Shown here: piece by piece, positions 18,717-31,410 of the stretch
Position numbering within the stretch: position 1 is the stretch's first letter
Layout of the letters: every line of letters begins with the position of its first letter
Assembly (NCBI GenBank): GCA_963749915.1
Contig: CAVVOP010000020.1
Span: forward strand, 64,001 to 128,000
Direction: 5' to 3'
DNA length: 64,000 nt
From: an uncultured cyanobacterium
GTDB taxonomy: Bacteria; Cyanobacteriota; Cyanobacteriia; Cyanobacteriales; Cyanobacteriaceae
Position numbers and translations under genes: made by a program
Notes under the pieces: model-generated
Told to the model about the DNA's origin: nothing
Database searches by the model: none
What the model saw: only the letters and a program-made list of their open reading frames with translations

Positions 18717-19784
18717 ATGGTATCCACATTTAATGGAATTGATCAAAGAATGCCCTTAACGCCTATTTTCAATCCGGAAGGAGACGATCGCATTGAGAAT
18801 CGAACTATCTGGTTTGGCAATACCACGAACTTAATGCAACTCAACGATGTAAGGTATTCATGGGCGATCGGGTTATATCAACAAATGAGAGAAAATTTTT
18901 GGATTCCCCAAAAGTTAGATATAACACAAGATGTTACGGATTATTGGAATTTAACCACCGATGAACGTCGTGCTTTCGATGGAATTTTGTCGTATTTAAC
19001 GTTTTTAGATTCTGTTCAAACTTGCAATATTCCTCACTTAAAAAGTACCATTACAGCTCCAGAAATTAGCCTCTGTATGGCGGAACAAATATCTCAGGAA
19101 GGAATGCACAATCACGCTTATCAATATATGATTGAGACGATTATTCCTAGTGATAAGAGAGATCAAGTTTATGATTTTTGGCGCACTGATAAAGTGTTAT
19201 CTGCCAGATGTGAATTTATCGCTGGTTTTTATCAAAAATACATTGATAATCCCACCAAAGAAAATTATTTTATTGCTCTTTTAAGTGATTATTTATTAGA
19301 GGGTTTATATTTTTATAATGGGTTTATTTATTTTTACAATTTAGCCGCAAGAATGTTAATGCCCGGATCTGCAGATATATTTAAAATGATTAATCGTGAT
19401 GAATTAAGTCATGTGAGATTGTATCAAAAATTAATCCCCGAAGCGATGGAGACTTTTAACTATTCCCTAGATCAAATTTATGAAATGTTTAACACAGCCG
19501 TAGAGCATGAATGTCGTTGGACTAATCATATTGTGGGGAATAATATCTTGGGTATTACTGAATCAAGCACTGCTCGTTATACCAAATACCTTGCCAACAC
19601 CCGTTTACGGGCGATCGGGCTTGAACCTCTTTACACTGATCCCCAGTATAGCAAAAGTCCTTACACCCATTTAGAAAAATTCTCGGATACTAAAAAAGAA
19701 GGTAATACTAAAGCGAATTTCTTTGAAGCTAGTGTAACCAGTTATATGATGTCTTCTGGCGTTTCCGGTTGGGATGAAATATGA
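18717..19784 (+). CDS. nrdB: Ribonucleotide reductase class I beta subunit
   Basis: FLDS, EGMHNHAY (radical Tyr present), LEGLYFYNGF, RDELSH, NFFE; start uncertain (18717 or 18750). Confidence 0.93.
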   Translation: MVSTFNGIDQRMPLTPIFNPEGDDRIENRTIWFGNTTNLMQLNDVRYSWAIGLYQQMRENFWIPQKLDITQDVTDYWNLTTDERRAFDGILSYLTFLDSVQTCNIPHLKSTITAPEISLCMAEQISQEGMHNHAYQYMIETIIPSDKRDQVYDFWRTDKVLSARCEFIAGFYQKYIDNPTKENYFIALLSDYLLEGLYFYNGFIYFYNLAARMLMPGSADIFKMINRDELSHVRLYQKLIPEAMETFNYSLDQIYEMFNTAVEHECRWTNHIVGNNILGITESSTARYTKYLANTRLRAIGLEPLYTDPQYSKSPYTHLEKFSDTKKEGNTKANFFEASVTSYMMSSGVSGWDEI

Positions 19785-19833
19785 TATTAATTATATCCCA
19801 CTTTCCGCAGTTTAAAACAAAAGAAAACAAAAA

Positions 19834-20970
19834 CTAGATGGTAACGGGGGATTCTACATAAACTGTCGGTTCTTGCAGAATAAAATTAATGCCGTAGTCC
19901 TTTAATTTTTTCGAGATATTCTCGTTGGCTAACTCTAATAAACGTTTGCGCACAGCGACCGAATCTTCATTAGAACCAAGGATAAAAAATGTGACTCTAC
20001 CCCGAGTCGCCTTGGTATCTTCTAGAGGATATAAAGCAATTTTAGTACTACCAGGATCGATGCCAAATAGAACATTAGTACTTTCTTTAACTACTTGTTC
20101 AACTAAAGCTTTTTCCTTATCTTCTAAATAGCGCTCGAAGTCAAGGTAAAGTAAAACCATGATTTTCTTACCTCGACTAATATTCTCAATATCCTTGCTC
20201 GCCATAATCGAGTTGGGAACAATTAAAAGTGTACTTTTAGCGGCAATACGAAGCTTGGTTGAGCGCAAGCCAATGGATTCTACCCTAGCAAATACATCGT
20301 CCGCCTGAATATTAAAGTTTACCCGAATATATTCTCCGGGAATGTAAGGGCGATCTAAATATAACACCAGTGTCCCGATCAACTGTTCTAAGGTTTTTTG
20401 GGCGGCAAAGGCAATTGCTAAACCCCCTAACCCTACACTGGCCAATAAACCGACTAAATTAATTTGTAATCTTTGTGCTAGAGCTACTGCTGCAAAAAAA
20501 CCGATAATTAGATTTATCATCGTTTCCAGCACTAACAATAATTCGTCAACCTCTCTGCCTAATTTTTGAATTAAATCTATACCGTAACTGCGCACAACCT
20601 GACGAAACAAACAAGAAGCTAACCAGGCAATACTAGCAATTAAAGATAGGTCAATCCAAAACTTGAAAAAGTTATATAAACCTTGATAATTTCTCAGAAA
20701 ATCCAAAGATACTGAAATCAGAATTAAAGTTCCCGTCGTTCTCAATAAACTTTCTAAAGGTTCAATAATTTTTTCATAAAAATTGCTTAAGCTAACTGCT
20801 GATATTTTAGTAATGATTATTTTTACTAATGTGGGAGTATATCTTCCCACCACTACAGATAAAAGTAGAAAAACAAAAAATATTCCTAATTGAATTAAAA
20901 ATTTAATCAACCAAGCTTGAGTTTCTTGATTAAATTCCCATAAGTTTAATAAATAGGAGATAATATCCAT
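19834..20970 (-). CDS. Mechanosensitive channel, MscS family
   Basis: GLGGLAIAFAAQKTL, VESIGLRSTK, VPNS. Confidence 0.9.
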   Translation of the reverse strand: MDIISYLLNLWEFNQETQAWLIKFLIQLGIFFVFLLLSVVVGRYTPTLVKIIITKISAVSLSNFYEKIIEPLESLLRTTGTLILISVSLDFLRNYQGLYNFFKFWIDLSLIASIAWLASCLFRQVVRSYGIDLIQKLGREVDELLLVLETMINLIIGFFAAVALAQRLQINLVGLLASVGLGGLAIAFAAQKTLEQLIGTLVLYLDRPYIPGEYIRVNFNIQADDVFARVESIGLRSTKLRIAAKSTLLIVPNSIMASKDIENISRGKKIMVLLYLDFERYLEDKEKALVEQVVKESTNVLFGIDPGSTKIALYPLEDTKATRGRVTFFILGSNEDSVAVRKRLLELANENISKKLKDYGINFILQEPTVYVESPVTI

Positions 20971-20985
20971 ATATACATATCGGCT

Positions 20986-22089
20986 CTAAATTGTAATAGG
21001 TGATTTTACATTGACATTGCTTTCTTGTAAGTCAAAGGCGATCCCATATTCCTTCAGTTTTTGACTAATATTTTGTTGAGCAAGTCCTAAAAGTTGACGG
21101 CGCAATTCCATTGATACTTCTCCAGAACCGAGGATAAAAAAGTTTATCTGTCCTTGAGTAATATTGGTGCCATCTTCTTGCTCTATATCTTTAAAGATGA
21201 CATCTGTGCTTTGAGAATCTATTCCTAAAATATCTTTGGTACTATCTAAAATAATTTGTTTAATTAAGGCTCGTTCTTCTTGGGGTAAATAATCGTAAAA
21301 TGTCAGATAGATTAAAGAGATTATTTTCCTAGCACCAGTAAAATTTTCGATGTTCATTTGGGTTAAAGCATTGTTAGGAATAATCATTAATGTGCCTTTA
21401 CCTGAGGTGCGGATTTTTGTTGATCTTAAACCAATGGATTCTACTCGTCCAAAAGTGCGATCAGGAAGTCCAATATAGTCATCTTGAACAAAGGGACGAT
21501 CTATGTAAAGAACAATGCCACCCAATAATTGTTCTAAAGTTTTTTGAGCAGCAAAGGCAACGGCGAAGCCACCAATTCCTAAACTGGCTAAAAGTCCAAA
21601 TAAGTTAACCTCATGTACTTCCGCAAAAACAAAAATAACGCTGATAATAACAACTATATTAGCTACATATTTACCCACGATTAAAAATTCAGTATTAATT
21701 TTCCTTTGACTTTGTAAAAAAACGTCCAATAAGTAGGTGTCAAAGAAGCGTCTAAACCAGCCAAAAGCAAGCCAGATAGTTAACCAAACAATACTAAGAC
21801 TCAAGAAAATTTCCCCTACTCTCAGCCAGGGTGATTTGCTACTTATTAAAAGAGCAATATCAGCAAGACCGATAAACCACAACAAGGTTAACCAGTTAGC
21901 CTCTGGTTTAATTACTTGATCGTAAATATTTCTAACTTGGGGTGATAAAATATTTTGAGTCAAGAATTTCAGTAATTTTTGCAAGTAAAAGATCCCAATA
22001 ATTACGATTGATATAATGATAACTACTATTCCTATTTTTATAACTAAAGTAGTATTAAAGGTAATTTGGTCTAAGGAAAAATGTCTCAT
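20986..22089 (-). CDS. Mechanosensitive channel, MscS family (tandem paralog)
   Basis: GIGGFAVAFAAQKTL, GRVESIGLRSTK, IPNN. Confidence 0.9.
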   Translation of the reverse strand: MRHFSLDQITFNTTLVIKIGIVVIIISIVIIGIFYLQKLLKFLTQNILSPQVRNIYDQVIKPEANWLTLLWFIGLADIALLISSKSPWLRVGEIFLSLSIVWLTIWLAFGWFRRFFDTYLLDVFLQSQRKINTEFLIVGKYVANIVVIISVIFVFAEVHEVNLFGLLASLGIGGFAVAFAAQKTLEQLLGGIVLYIDRPFVQDDYIGLPDRTFGRVESIGLRSTKIRTSGKGTLMIIPNNALTQMNIENFTGARKIISLIYLTFYDYLPQEERALIKQIILDSTKDILGIDSQSTDVIFKDIEQEDGTNITQGQINFFILGSGEVSMELRRQLLGLAQQNISQKLKEYGIAFDLQESNVNVKSPITI

Positions 22090-22364
22090 AATCCTCTATT
22101 TAGTTTATCCATCAATTCTTCTAAAAAAGGCCCTAGATTGCCTATAATAATGGCTGTTTTTTGATATTTATGAGGTTAAATTATTCAATTAGCCATTCAA
22201 CTATATAATAAAACAAACTTGCCAATATTCAAGAAATGTGATCGCATTTTATAACAGGCCTAGCATTGGGCTCGTGATAAAAAATTGAACATCCATCGAG
22301 TTAAATATTCAATATATTTCGGTAAAAATACTCAATAATTTAATTATTACTTATCTTCTTTCCT

Positions 22365-23438
22365 ATGAGCAAACATCTTTTAGTTACAGGCGGTGCCGGA
22401 TTTATTGGTTCTAATTTTGTTAACTATTGGTACGAAAATCATCCTCAAGACAAAATTATCGTTTTAGATGTCCTCACCTATGCAGGGAATCGCCAAAATT
22501 TAATTAACCTCGAAAATAGTCCTAATTTTTTATTTGTTCAAGGTGATATTTGCGATGGCACATTAGTAGACAACTTATTAGAAGAAGAAAAAATCACTAC
22601 TATCGCCCATTTTGCGGCAGAATCCCATGTCGATCGCTCAATTTTAACCCCTTCGGCCTTTATTCAAACTAATGTTATCGGTACATTTACCTTATTGGAA
22701 AGTTTTCGCCACTATTGGCAAAAACAAAATCAACCCTCAGAATACCGTTTTCTCCACGTATCTACCGATGAAGTTTATGGTAGTTTAGGAGCCGATGATC
22801 CTGCGTTCACCGAAAACACACCCTATGCACCTAATAGTCCTTATTCTGCTTCCAAAGCCGGAAGTGATCACTTAGCAAGAGCTTATTATCACACCTATAA
22901 ATTACCCACAATTATCACCAACTGCTCGAATAATTACGGTGCTTATCATTTCCCTGAAAAACTGATTCCTTTGATGTGTATTAACATCTTATTGGGTAAA
23001 CCCCTACCAGTATATGGTGATGGGCAAAATATCCGAGATTGGTTATATGTCAGAGATCATTGTAGTGCGTTGGATGTCGTTTTACGTGAAGGGAAAGAGG
23101 GGGAAACCTATAACATTGGCGGTAACAATGAGGTAAAAAATATTGATTTAGTGCAGTTAATTTGTCAAATTATGGATGAAATTTCGCCTAATTTGCCCGT
23201 TAAACCTTCAAGTCAGTTGATCACTTATGTAAAAGATCGGGCAGGACACGATCGCCGTTACGCCATCGACAGCAGTAAACTACAACAAGAATTGGGCTGG
23301 AAACCAGAAGCCACAGTGGAATCAGGCTTAAGAAAAACTTTACAATGGTATGTTGATAATCAACAATGGTGGCAACCCCTTTTATCAAAAGATTATCAAG
23401 AATATTATCAGCAAGTTTACGCAATTATTAATCAATAA
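22365..23438 (+). CDS. rfbB: dTDP-glucose 4,6-dehydratase
   Basis: GGAGFIG, AAESHVDRSI, STDEVYG, YSASKA, HDRRYA. Confidence 0.97.
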   Translation: MSKHLLVTGGAGFIGSNFVNYWYENHPQDKIIVLDVLTYAGNRQNLINLENSPNFLFVQGDICDGTLVDNLLEEEKITTIAHFAAESHVDRSILTPSAFIQTNVIGTFTLLESFRHYWQKQNQPSEYRFLHVSTDEVYGSLGADDPAFTENTPYAPNSPYSASKAGSDHLARAYYHTYKLPTIITNCSNNYGAYHFPEKLIPLMCINILLGKPLPVYGDGQNIRDWLYVRDHCSALDVVLREGKEGETYNIGGNNEVKNIDLVQLICQIMDEISPNLPVKPSSQLITYVKDRAGHDRRYAIDSSKLQQELGWKPEATVESGLRKTLQWYVDNQQWWQPLLSKDYQEYYQQVYAIINQ

Positions 23439-23451
23439 TTAAAGGAAGTGA

Positions 23452-23910
23452 TTAAAACTTTTTTTCATCGTGACTATAACGTATTAGAAAATAACTAACT
23501 GCCAGACAAATAATGGCAATTCCTAGAGCAATTAAATCAACCTTCTCATATTTACCAGGATCAAAAATGATAATTTTTCTGGCGACGGCAATTAAAGCAG
23601 TGGTTAAAACTAATTCTAATTGTACAAGATGTTTTCTCAGATAAACTGTTATATTTTCTAGTAATTCAAGGGCAATTAATATATTCAAAAAGAAGCCGAA
23701 AATTTCTATTAAAGTTTTATTAAAAAAGCCCGTTGGTTCTATAAACAAATCTCTAATTAAAACTAACATTAAATCGTATAAAGACACGAAAATAACAATT
23801 ATAAGGGCGGTGGAGAGAACTTTAGAAACAATATTCTCCGTGACATGAATTACTTTTAAAAAATTCCTATCTTTAAAAAAATCAATGAGCCAAGCCAAAA
23901 ATTTAGCCAT
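23452..23910 (-). CDS. Phosphate-starvation-inducible PsiE family membrane protein
   Basis: LIALELLENI, LIAVARKIII. Confidence 0.85.
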   Translation of the reverse strand: MAKFLAWLIDFFKDRNFLKVIHVTENIVSKVLSTALIIVIFVSLYDLMLVLIRDLFIEPTGFFNKTLIEIFGFFLNILIALELLENITVYLRKHLVQLELVLTTALIAVARKIIIFDPGKYEKVDLIALGIAIICLAVSYFLIRYSHDEKKF

Positions 23911-24226
23911 ATTTTATTTAATTGATAATTAATAATTGATAATTAAAAGTCCCCGGAATTGAAAATTTAGAGGCAATAAATATAAGCCCATCAACCCCCA
24001 CTAACTGATACTGTTGGCGAACTTAACATTTAACGGCAGATAGATAGGGCGGAGGCAGAAGCAAGGGATAAGTAAAAAGGAGAAAAGCTTAATCCTTCCT
24101 TATCTCACCCTCACCAAAATATTAAAAACCTAACCTTGCGAGTCTATACGCCCCAACTTTGGGTTAGCAAAAAGTCGATAAAAGTCTCAACAGCCAGCCT
24201 TATTTAGTTTGATAATCAATTAAAAT

Positions 24227-24829
24227 TTAAAAATGATCAAAAAATACGACTTCAGACATGTCCAATTGTCCGGCCCTACCTCTAGCTGATTGAGTAGCTT
24301 TACCGACAACAATCATAAACCCAAGCACATAATCGTCAGGTAAGTTGATAATTTCAGCTACTTTTTTACCGTCAAACCCAATCATTGGACAAGAATCATA
24401 ACCCATTGCCTTCGCCGCTAACATGATCGTTTGACCAGCAATACCAGCCGATCGCATCGCTTCATCTCGTTGTAATTGGGCATTGTTTTGGTAAAATCCA
24501 CCAATCATCGGTACAATCTGGTCTTGTACTTGCTCAGGGGCATTTTTCCAGTATCTTTGAGGTTCTTTTGCCCACGCATTCAAATCACCACAAACTAAAA
24601 TGACTATGGAAGCATCAGAAACCTGGGCTTGATTGAAGGAAGCCGCTTTTAACCGTTCCTTAACGGCTTTGTCTTTAACTACAACAAAACGCCAATTTTG
24701 CATATTGAAGGATGTGGGAGACAGCAAAGTATGTTCCATTAAAGTGTTAATTTCTGCCCCCGTCATCTCATGATTAGGGTCAAAATGTTTAATCGATCTT
24801 CTTTCTTTGATAGCATCTAAGGTATTCAT
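24227..24829 (-). CDS. Nitroreductase family protein
   Basis: RRSIKHF, PTSFNMQNWRF, SCPMIGFD; a GGAGGA SD precedes the ATG at 24829. Confidence 0.93.
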   Translation of the reverse strand: MNTLDAIKERRSIKHFDPNHEMTGAEINTLMEHTLLSPTSFNMQNWRFVVVKDKAVKERLKAASFNQAQVSDASIVILVCGDLNAWAKEPQRYWKNAPEQVQDQIVPMIGGFYQNNAQLQRDEAMRSAGIAGQTIMLAAKAMGYDSCPMIGFDGKKVAEIINLPDDYVLGFMIVVGKATQSARGRAGQLDMSEVVFFDHF

Positions 24830-25168
24830 GGACAATCCTCCCATTAAAATTATTGTCATTTTACCTTTTTATGTCCATTTTGACTAAATTTAACCCCCCC
24901 CTGCTACCCCCATAAGGGGAGGCTTTTTACCATAAGGTTAAGGTTCTGGTGAAGGTGAGACAAGAGGATGGGGAAGGAAAGTGGACAAGGAAGAGAGAAA
25001 ATCACATATATTAGTTAGGATGTATTCAAAGCCAAAGATGATTTTGGATACTTCGGCTGTGTCCCCTTCGGCAACTCTCAGGGCAAGCAATACAAGTTTT
25101 GGAGAATTCTCCTATCCCTCATTTCCAAATTGGCAGACCACTAATTGTATCTCATTTAAACTGATATT

Positions 25169-25690
25169 TTAAGCTAAGACAAAATCAACGTTACTGGTAC
25201 CATCGGTTTCCCCCTCTCCAGACTTTAGTTTAGAACCATTAATTTCCACTGCGAAGGGGGTATTTCCCATGTGTAAACGATAATCGGTTACGGCATTGGT
25301 ATAACCGACACTGGCGATCATTTCTCTACCTCCATCAGTGTATAAAAATACCAACATTTGATCTTTAGATTTTTCTTGATCATAAGCCCAAATAACCATG
25401 TATTGTTGATCTTGGTATTCAAAGATTTTGGGAGGGCGATTCGGGGTATAACGTCCCACAGACCCAAAACTTTTATCTAAGAAGTCTTGTACCGAGCTAC
25501 TTTCTACCACTGCAAAGGCGACTTCTTCGGCATCAGTGACAATCGCTTCTTCTTCTGGCCGGGAAATTACGGGGGGAATAACGGCTTCTTCCTGTTGTTT
25601 GTCTTGGAAGTAATCCACTGCCTTTTTGATACCAATGCCGCCCACTGTAGCAATACCAGCACCGATGAGAATGTTACGCAATTTACTCAT
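25169..25690 (-). CDS. Hypothetical protein with N-terminal membrane anchor
   Basis: 173-aa ORF with a hydrophobic Gly-rich N-terminus; no family recognised. Confidence 0.75.
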   Translation of the reverse strand: MSKLRNILIGAGIATVGGIGIKKAVDYFQDKQQEEAVIPPVISRPEEEAIVTDAEEVAFAVVESSSVQDFLDKSFGSVGRYTPNRPPKIFEYQDQQYMVIWAYDQEKSKDQMLVFLYTDGGREMIASVGYTNAVTDYRLHMGNTPFAVEINGSKLKSGEGETDGTSNVDFVLA

Positions 25691-25846
25691 AATCTATATA
25701 AATTTACTTAGTCAAATCATTACCTATTATTAGTCGATTTTGCTCATTAAATGCTTAAATTTTTCTGTATTCTTACTTTACAGTTTACTGATAATTAATT
25801 TTATCATCGTTTATTCTTCTTGAAACTATCTATATTATGAACATAA

Positions 25847-25862
25847 TGTACTTATTGTTACA
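25847..25862 (+). promoter_or_regulatory. NtcA binding site upstream of glnB
   Basis: Perfect TGTA-N8-TACA (TGTActtattgtTACA); glnB is a known NtcA target. Confidence 0.85.
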
Positions 25863-25921
25863 AAACATCTAAGGATAACAGTGTTAGAAAATAACAGGAA
25901 AATTGTATAAGCTATATATAA

Positions 25922-26284
<363 letters not shown>

Positions 26285-26377
26285 CTTTAATTAATTTCAA
26301 TGGCGACGGGGTGGTAGGGGCAGGATTATCTTGCCCTTATTAATTGATCGAGTTATTGCCTATATGAAAGTTACCCG

Positions 26378-27025
26378 ATGAGAATTAGCAAAAAAAAGAA
26401 AGCCCTTGAAATTTTAACTATCCTTAAACAACTTTACCCTAAGGCTACCTGTAGCCTTAATTATGAAACCCCTTTACAACTTCTAATCGCTACAATTTTA
26501 TCTGCCCAATGTACAGATGAAAGGGTCAACAAGGTAACTCCCGCTTTATTCGCCAGATTTCCTGGTGTTAAAAGTTTTGCCAAGGCTGACAGAGAAGAAA
26601 TTGAGACATTAATTCACTCCACAGGTTTTTATCGTAACAAAGCCAAAAATATCCAAAATGCTTGTATAAAAATTGTTGATGATTTTAACGGTAATGTGCC
26701 GCAAACCATGGCAGAATTATTAACCTTAACGGGGGTTGCCCGAAAAACCGCTAATGTGGTTTTAGCCCATGCTTTTGGTATCATCGAAGGAGTAACGGTG
26801 GATACCCATGTAAAAAGGCTTAGTAACCGTCTGGGATTGACCAAAAAAGCGAATCCGCTGCAAATTGAGGAAGACTTGATGAAATTATTGCCAAAACCAG
26901 ACTGGGAAAATTTTTCTATCAGTATTATTTATCACGGCAGGGCGATATGTAACGCCCGTAAACCTTTCTGTCACGAATGTCAGTTAGCCCATTTATGCAC
27001 ATTTTTTCAAAAAGAACACAGATAA
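26378..27025 (+). CDS. nth: Endonuclease III
   Basis: LSAQCTD, HhH GVARKTAN, VDTHV, C-X6-C-X2-C-X5-C Fe-S motif. Confidence 0.96.
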   Translation: MRISKKKKALEILTILKQLYPKATCSLNYETPLQLLIATILSAQCTDERVNKVTPALFARFPGVKSFAKADREEIETLIHSTGFYRNKAKNIQNACIKIVDDFNGNVPQTMAELLTLTGVARKTANVVLAHAFGIIEGVTVDTHVKRLSNRLGLTKKANPLQIEEDLMKLLPKPDWENFSISIIYHGRAICNARKPFCHECQLAHLCTFFQKEHR

Positions 27026-27104
27026 AAGGGTTAGAACATCATGCTACCATGTAAGCTTAAACTTCAGGTTTTGAGGGTCAGGATATTAAAAAATATCAAC
27101 AGAA

Positions 27105-27122
27105 ATCGTAACAAATTTTAAC
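27105..27122 (-). promoter_or_regulatory. HLR1 (RpaB-binding) direct repeat upstream of apcE
   Basis: Minus strand GTTAAAAT-tt-GTTACGAT, one mismatch per half against (G/T)TTACA(T/A)(T/A)-N2 repeat. Confidence 0.55.
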
Positions 27123-27202
27123 AAACCAACTATGAAACCCCAAAAAGATTTAATCTATATGCAATGAATTGATAATGAAACTTGGTTTTAAAATAAAAAT
27201 AA

Positions 27203-29941
<2,739 letters not shown>

Positions 29942-29973
29942 TTTTTGCCCCTAATCTAAAATATGGGGTGAGA

Positions 29974-30172
29974 AACAATACTGCGAGGGATTTGCCCGAA
30001 AAAGCTCTGGCGAGGGGAATGCGCGAATTTAGAATTTAGAATAACTTTTTCGGAAGATTATTCACGGAAAAATAATATTTCCGAACTCCGCCCGCTTGCG
30101 GCAGGAGCGAAGCGACCTCTCCGAACTCCCCAAGCCGACAATTATATTTTCCAAAACCCTCGCAGTATTGTT
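29974..30172. mobile_element. MITE, about 199 bp, with 16-bp perfect TIRs
   Basis: AACAATACTGCGAGGG at 29974 and CCCTCGCAGTATTGTT at 30157-30172; non-coding interior. Confidence 0.8.
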
Positions 30173-30211
30173 GCAGGAGGTATCGCACTTGCTTCCGTGA
30201 GGTTGTGCCCC

Positions 30212-30360
30212 TGCAATAGGGGAATAAAGTTGTATAATTCTGAGGTTTTGTACAAACAATGTAAACTACAGTATCTAAAAATCATGGAAATAAAGTTGTA
30301 TAATTTTTAAATCCCTTGTATCATCAGTCTTTAGAGACGGCAATAGTTTAGATTTTAATG
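30212..30360 (+). mobile_element. Candidate Tn7-like transposon left end (TnsB-binding-site-like repeats)
   Basis: 17-bp direct repeat AATAAAGTTGTATAATT at 30223 and 30289; TG begins 11 nt before the first copy. Confidence 0.45.
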
Positions 30361-30435
30361 GTCATCATTAATTGATTAGAAAATTTAGATATTAAACCTT
30401 ACACCATTGTAAGCTAACCATTGTTTTTTCTCTAA

Positions 30436-31218
30436 CCCACATTCCGCACGTCAAACTGTATAAATTCAGATTACGAGGTTAGAGGTTGAACAGTGATTGA
30501 CTTGGCATTGAAGAAATTATTAATGATGCCCTCGGTATTGACGAGAGGGAAATCGTGACAGCAGGTCAAATAGTCAAAGCAATTATTCTGAACGGATTAG
30601 GATTTATTTCTCGACCTCTTTATCTATTTCCACAGTTTTTTAAAGACAAAGCCACAGAACATTTAATCGGAAAGTGAATTAAATAATCACCAGAAAAAAT
30701 CGAAAAAGAAAGGAGAAAAATCAGGAAAAATTCACAAAATTATGGCGGTGATAGAATCAGATTTAATCAAAATAAATGAATTAGGAAAACTAACGGAACG
30801 TCCGACGTTAAGATGGATATTTCAAAGTTTTCAAGGAATTCATTTAGTAATAAATAGAGGAAAAGAACAGATAGTAAATCTAACAAATGAACGAAAACTA
30901 ATTTTAAGTTTTTTCCCAATTTCTTGTCATAATTATTATATTTTATCTGGATAACTTGATAACTTATTGGATTTAAGAGTCTAAATATTCTCAATTATAA
31001 TACCATAAATAAAGAATAGAAAACTGATAGATTTGCTCTGTTTATTTATTCTCATTAAAGGTGAAGTTATTGACAATGAGATTTTAATTTGAGCAAAGTT
31101 CGCGAGCACAAAACGCGAATAAAGAAGATATTGAGTATTATTACTTATATTTTGTCCAAAATAAGTTGCTTGGTTTTAATACTTTTATCATCTTACAAAG
31201 TGACGTGCGGAATGTGGG
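30436..31218 (+). mobile_element. IS1634-family element with internal deletion
   Basis: 18-bp perfect TIRs CCCACATTCCGCACGTCA; transposase N-terminal remnant (AGQIVKAIILNGLGF..PLYLFPQFF) and C-terminal remnant (ERPTLRWIFQSFQGI). Confidence 0.88.
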
Positions 31219-31368
31219 GTAGAATTATCAAGAGATTTTATAGTTAATCAAAATCTTACCTATGCTGATTCAGAAACATTAAGTTCTCCTCGTGATATGG
31301 TAAAAGAAATTCTGGAAAAATATCAAAGTGTGATTGAAAATACAACTAAAGATAATTTTGACTATTAA
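31219..31368 (+). pseudogene. C-terminal remnant of an unknown gene cut by the IS1634 end
   Basis: Open frame begins at the first base after the TIR: VELSRDFIVNQNLTYADSETLSSPRDMVKEILEKYQSVIENTTKDNFDY*. Confidence 0.5.
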
Positions 31369-31410
31369 CTCCCAATATTGTAAAATTTTATCTCTAATTC
31401 TCAGACTAAT

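Noticed and set aside
18717..19784. Unusual RNR subclass (Ic/Ie) or orphan status of nrdB
   Set aside because: The metal ligands and radical Tyr look canonical, and separation from nrdA is common in cyanobacteria
24011..24193. Possible MITE bounded by CTGTTG...CAACAG
   Set aside because: Only about 6 bp of perfect inverted match; insufficient support
24981..25172. 63-aa ORF between convergent and divergent genes
   Set aside because: It runs through purine-rich and REP-like sequence (CCCTTCGGCAACTCTCAGGGCAAG) and has no protein-like features
30062..30259. 65-aa minus-strand ORF
   Set aside because: It crosses the MITE, the hairpin and the repeat boundaries, so it is a chance frame
30223..30305. 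17-bp direct repeats as a mini CRISPR array
   Set aside because: Too short, only two copies, not palindromic; a transposon end fits better
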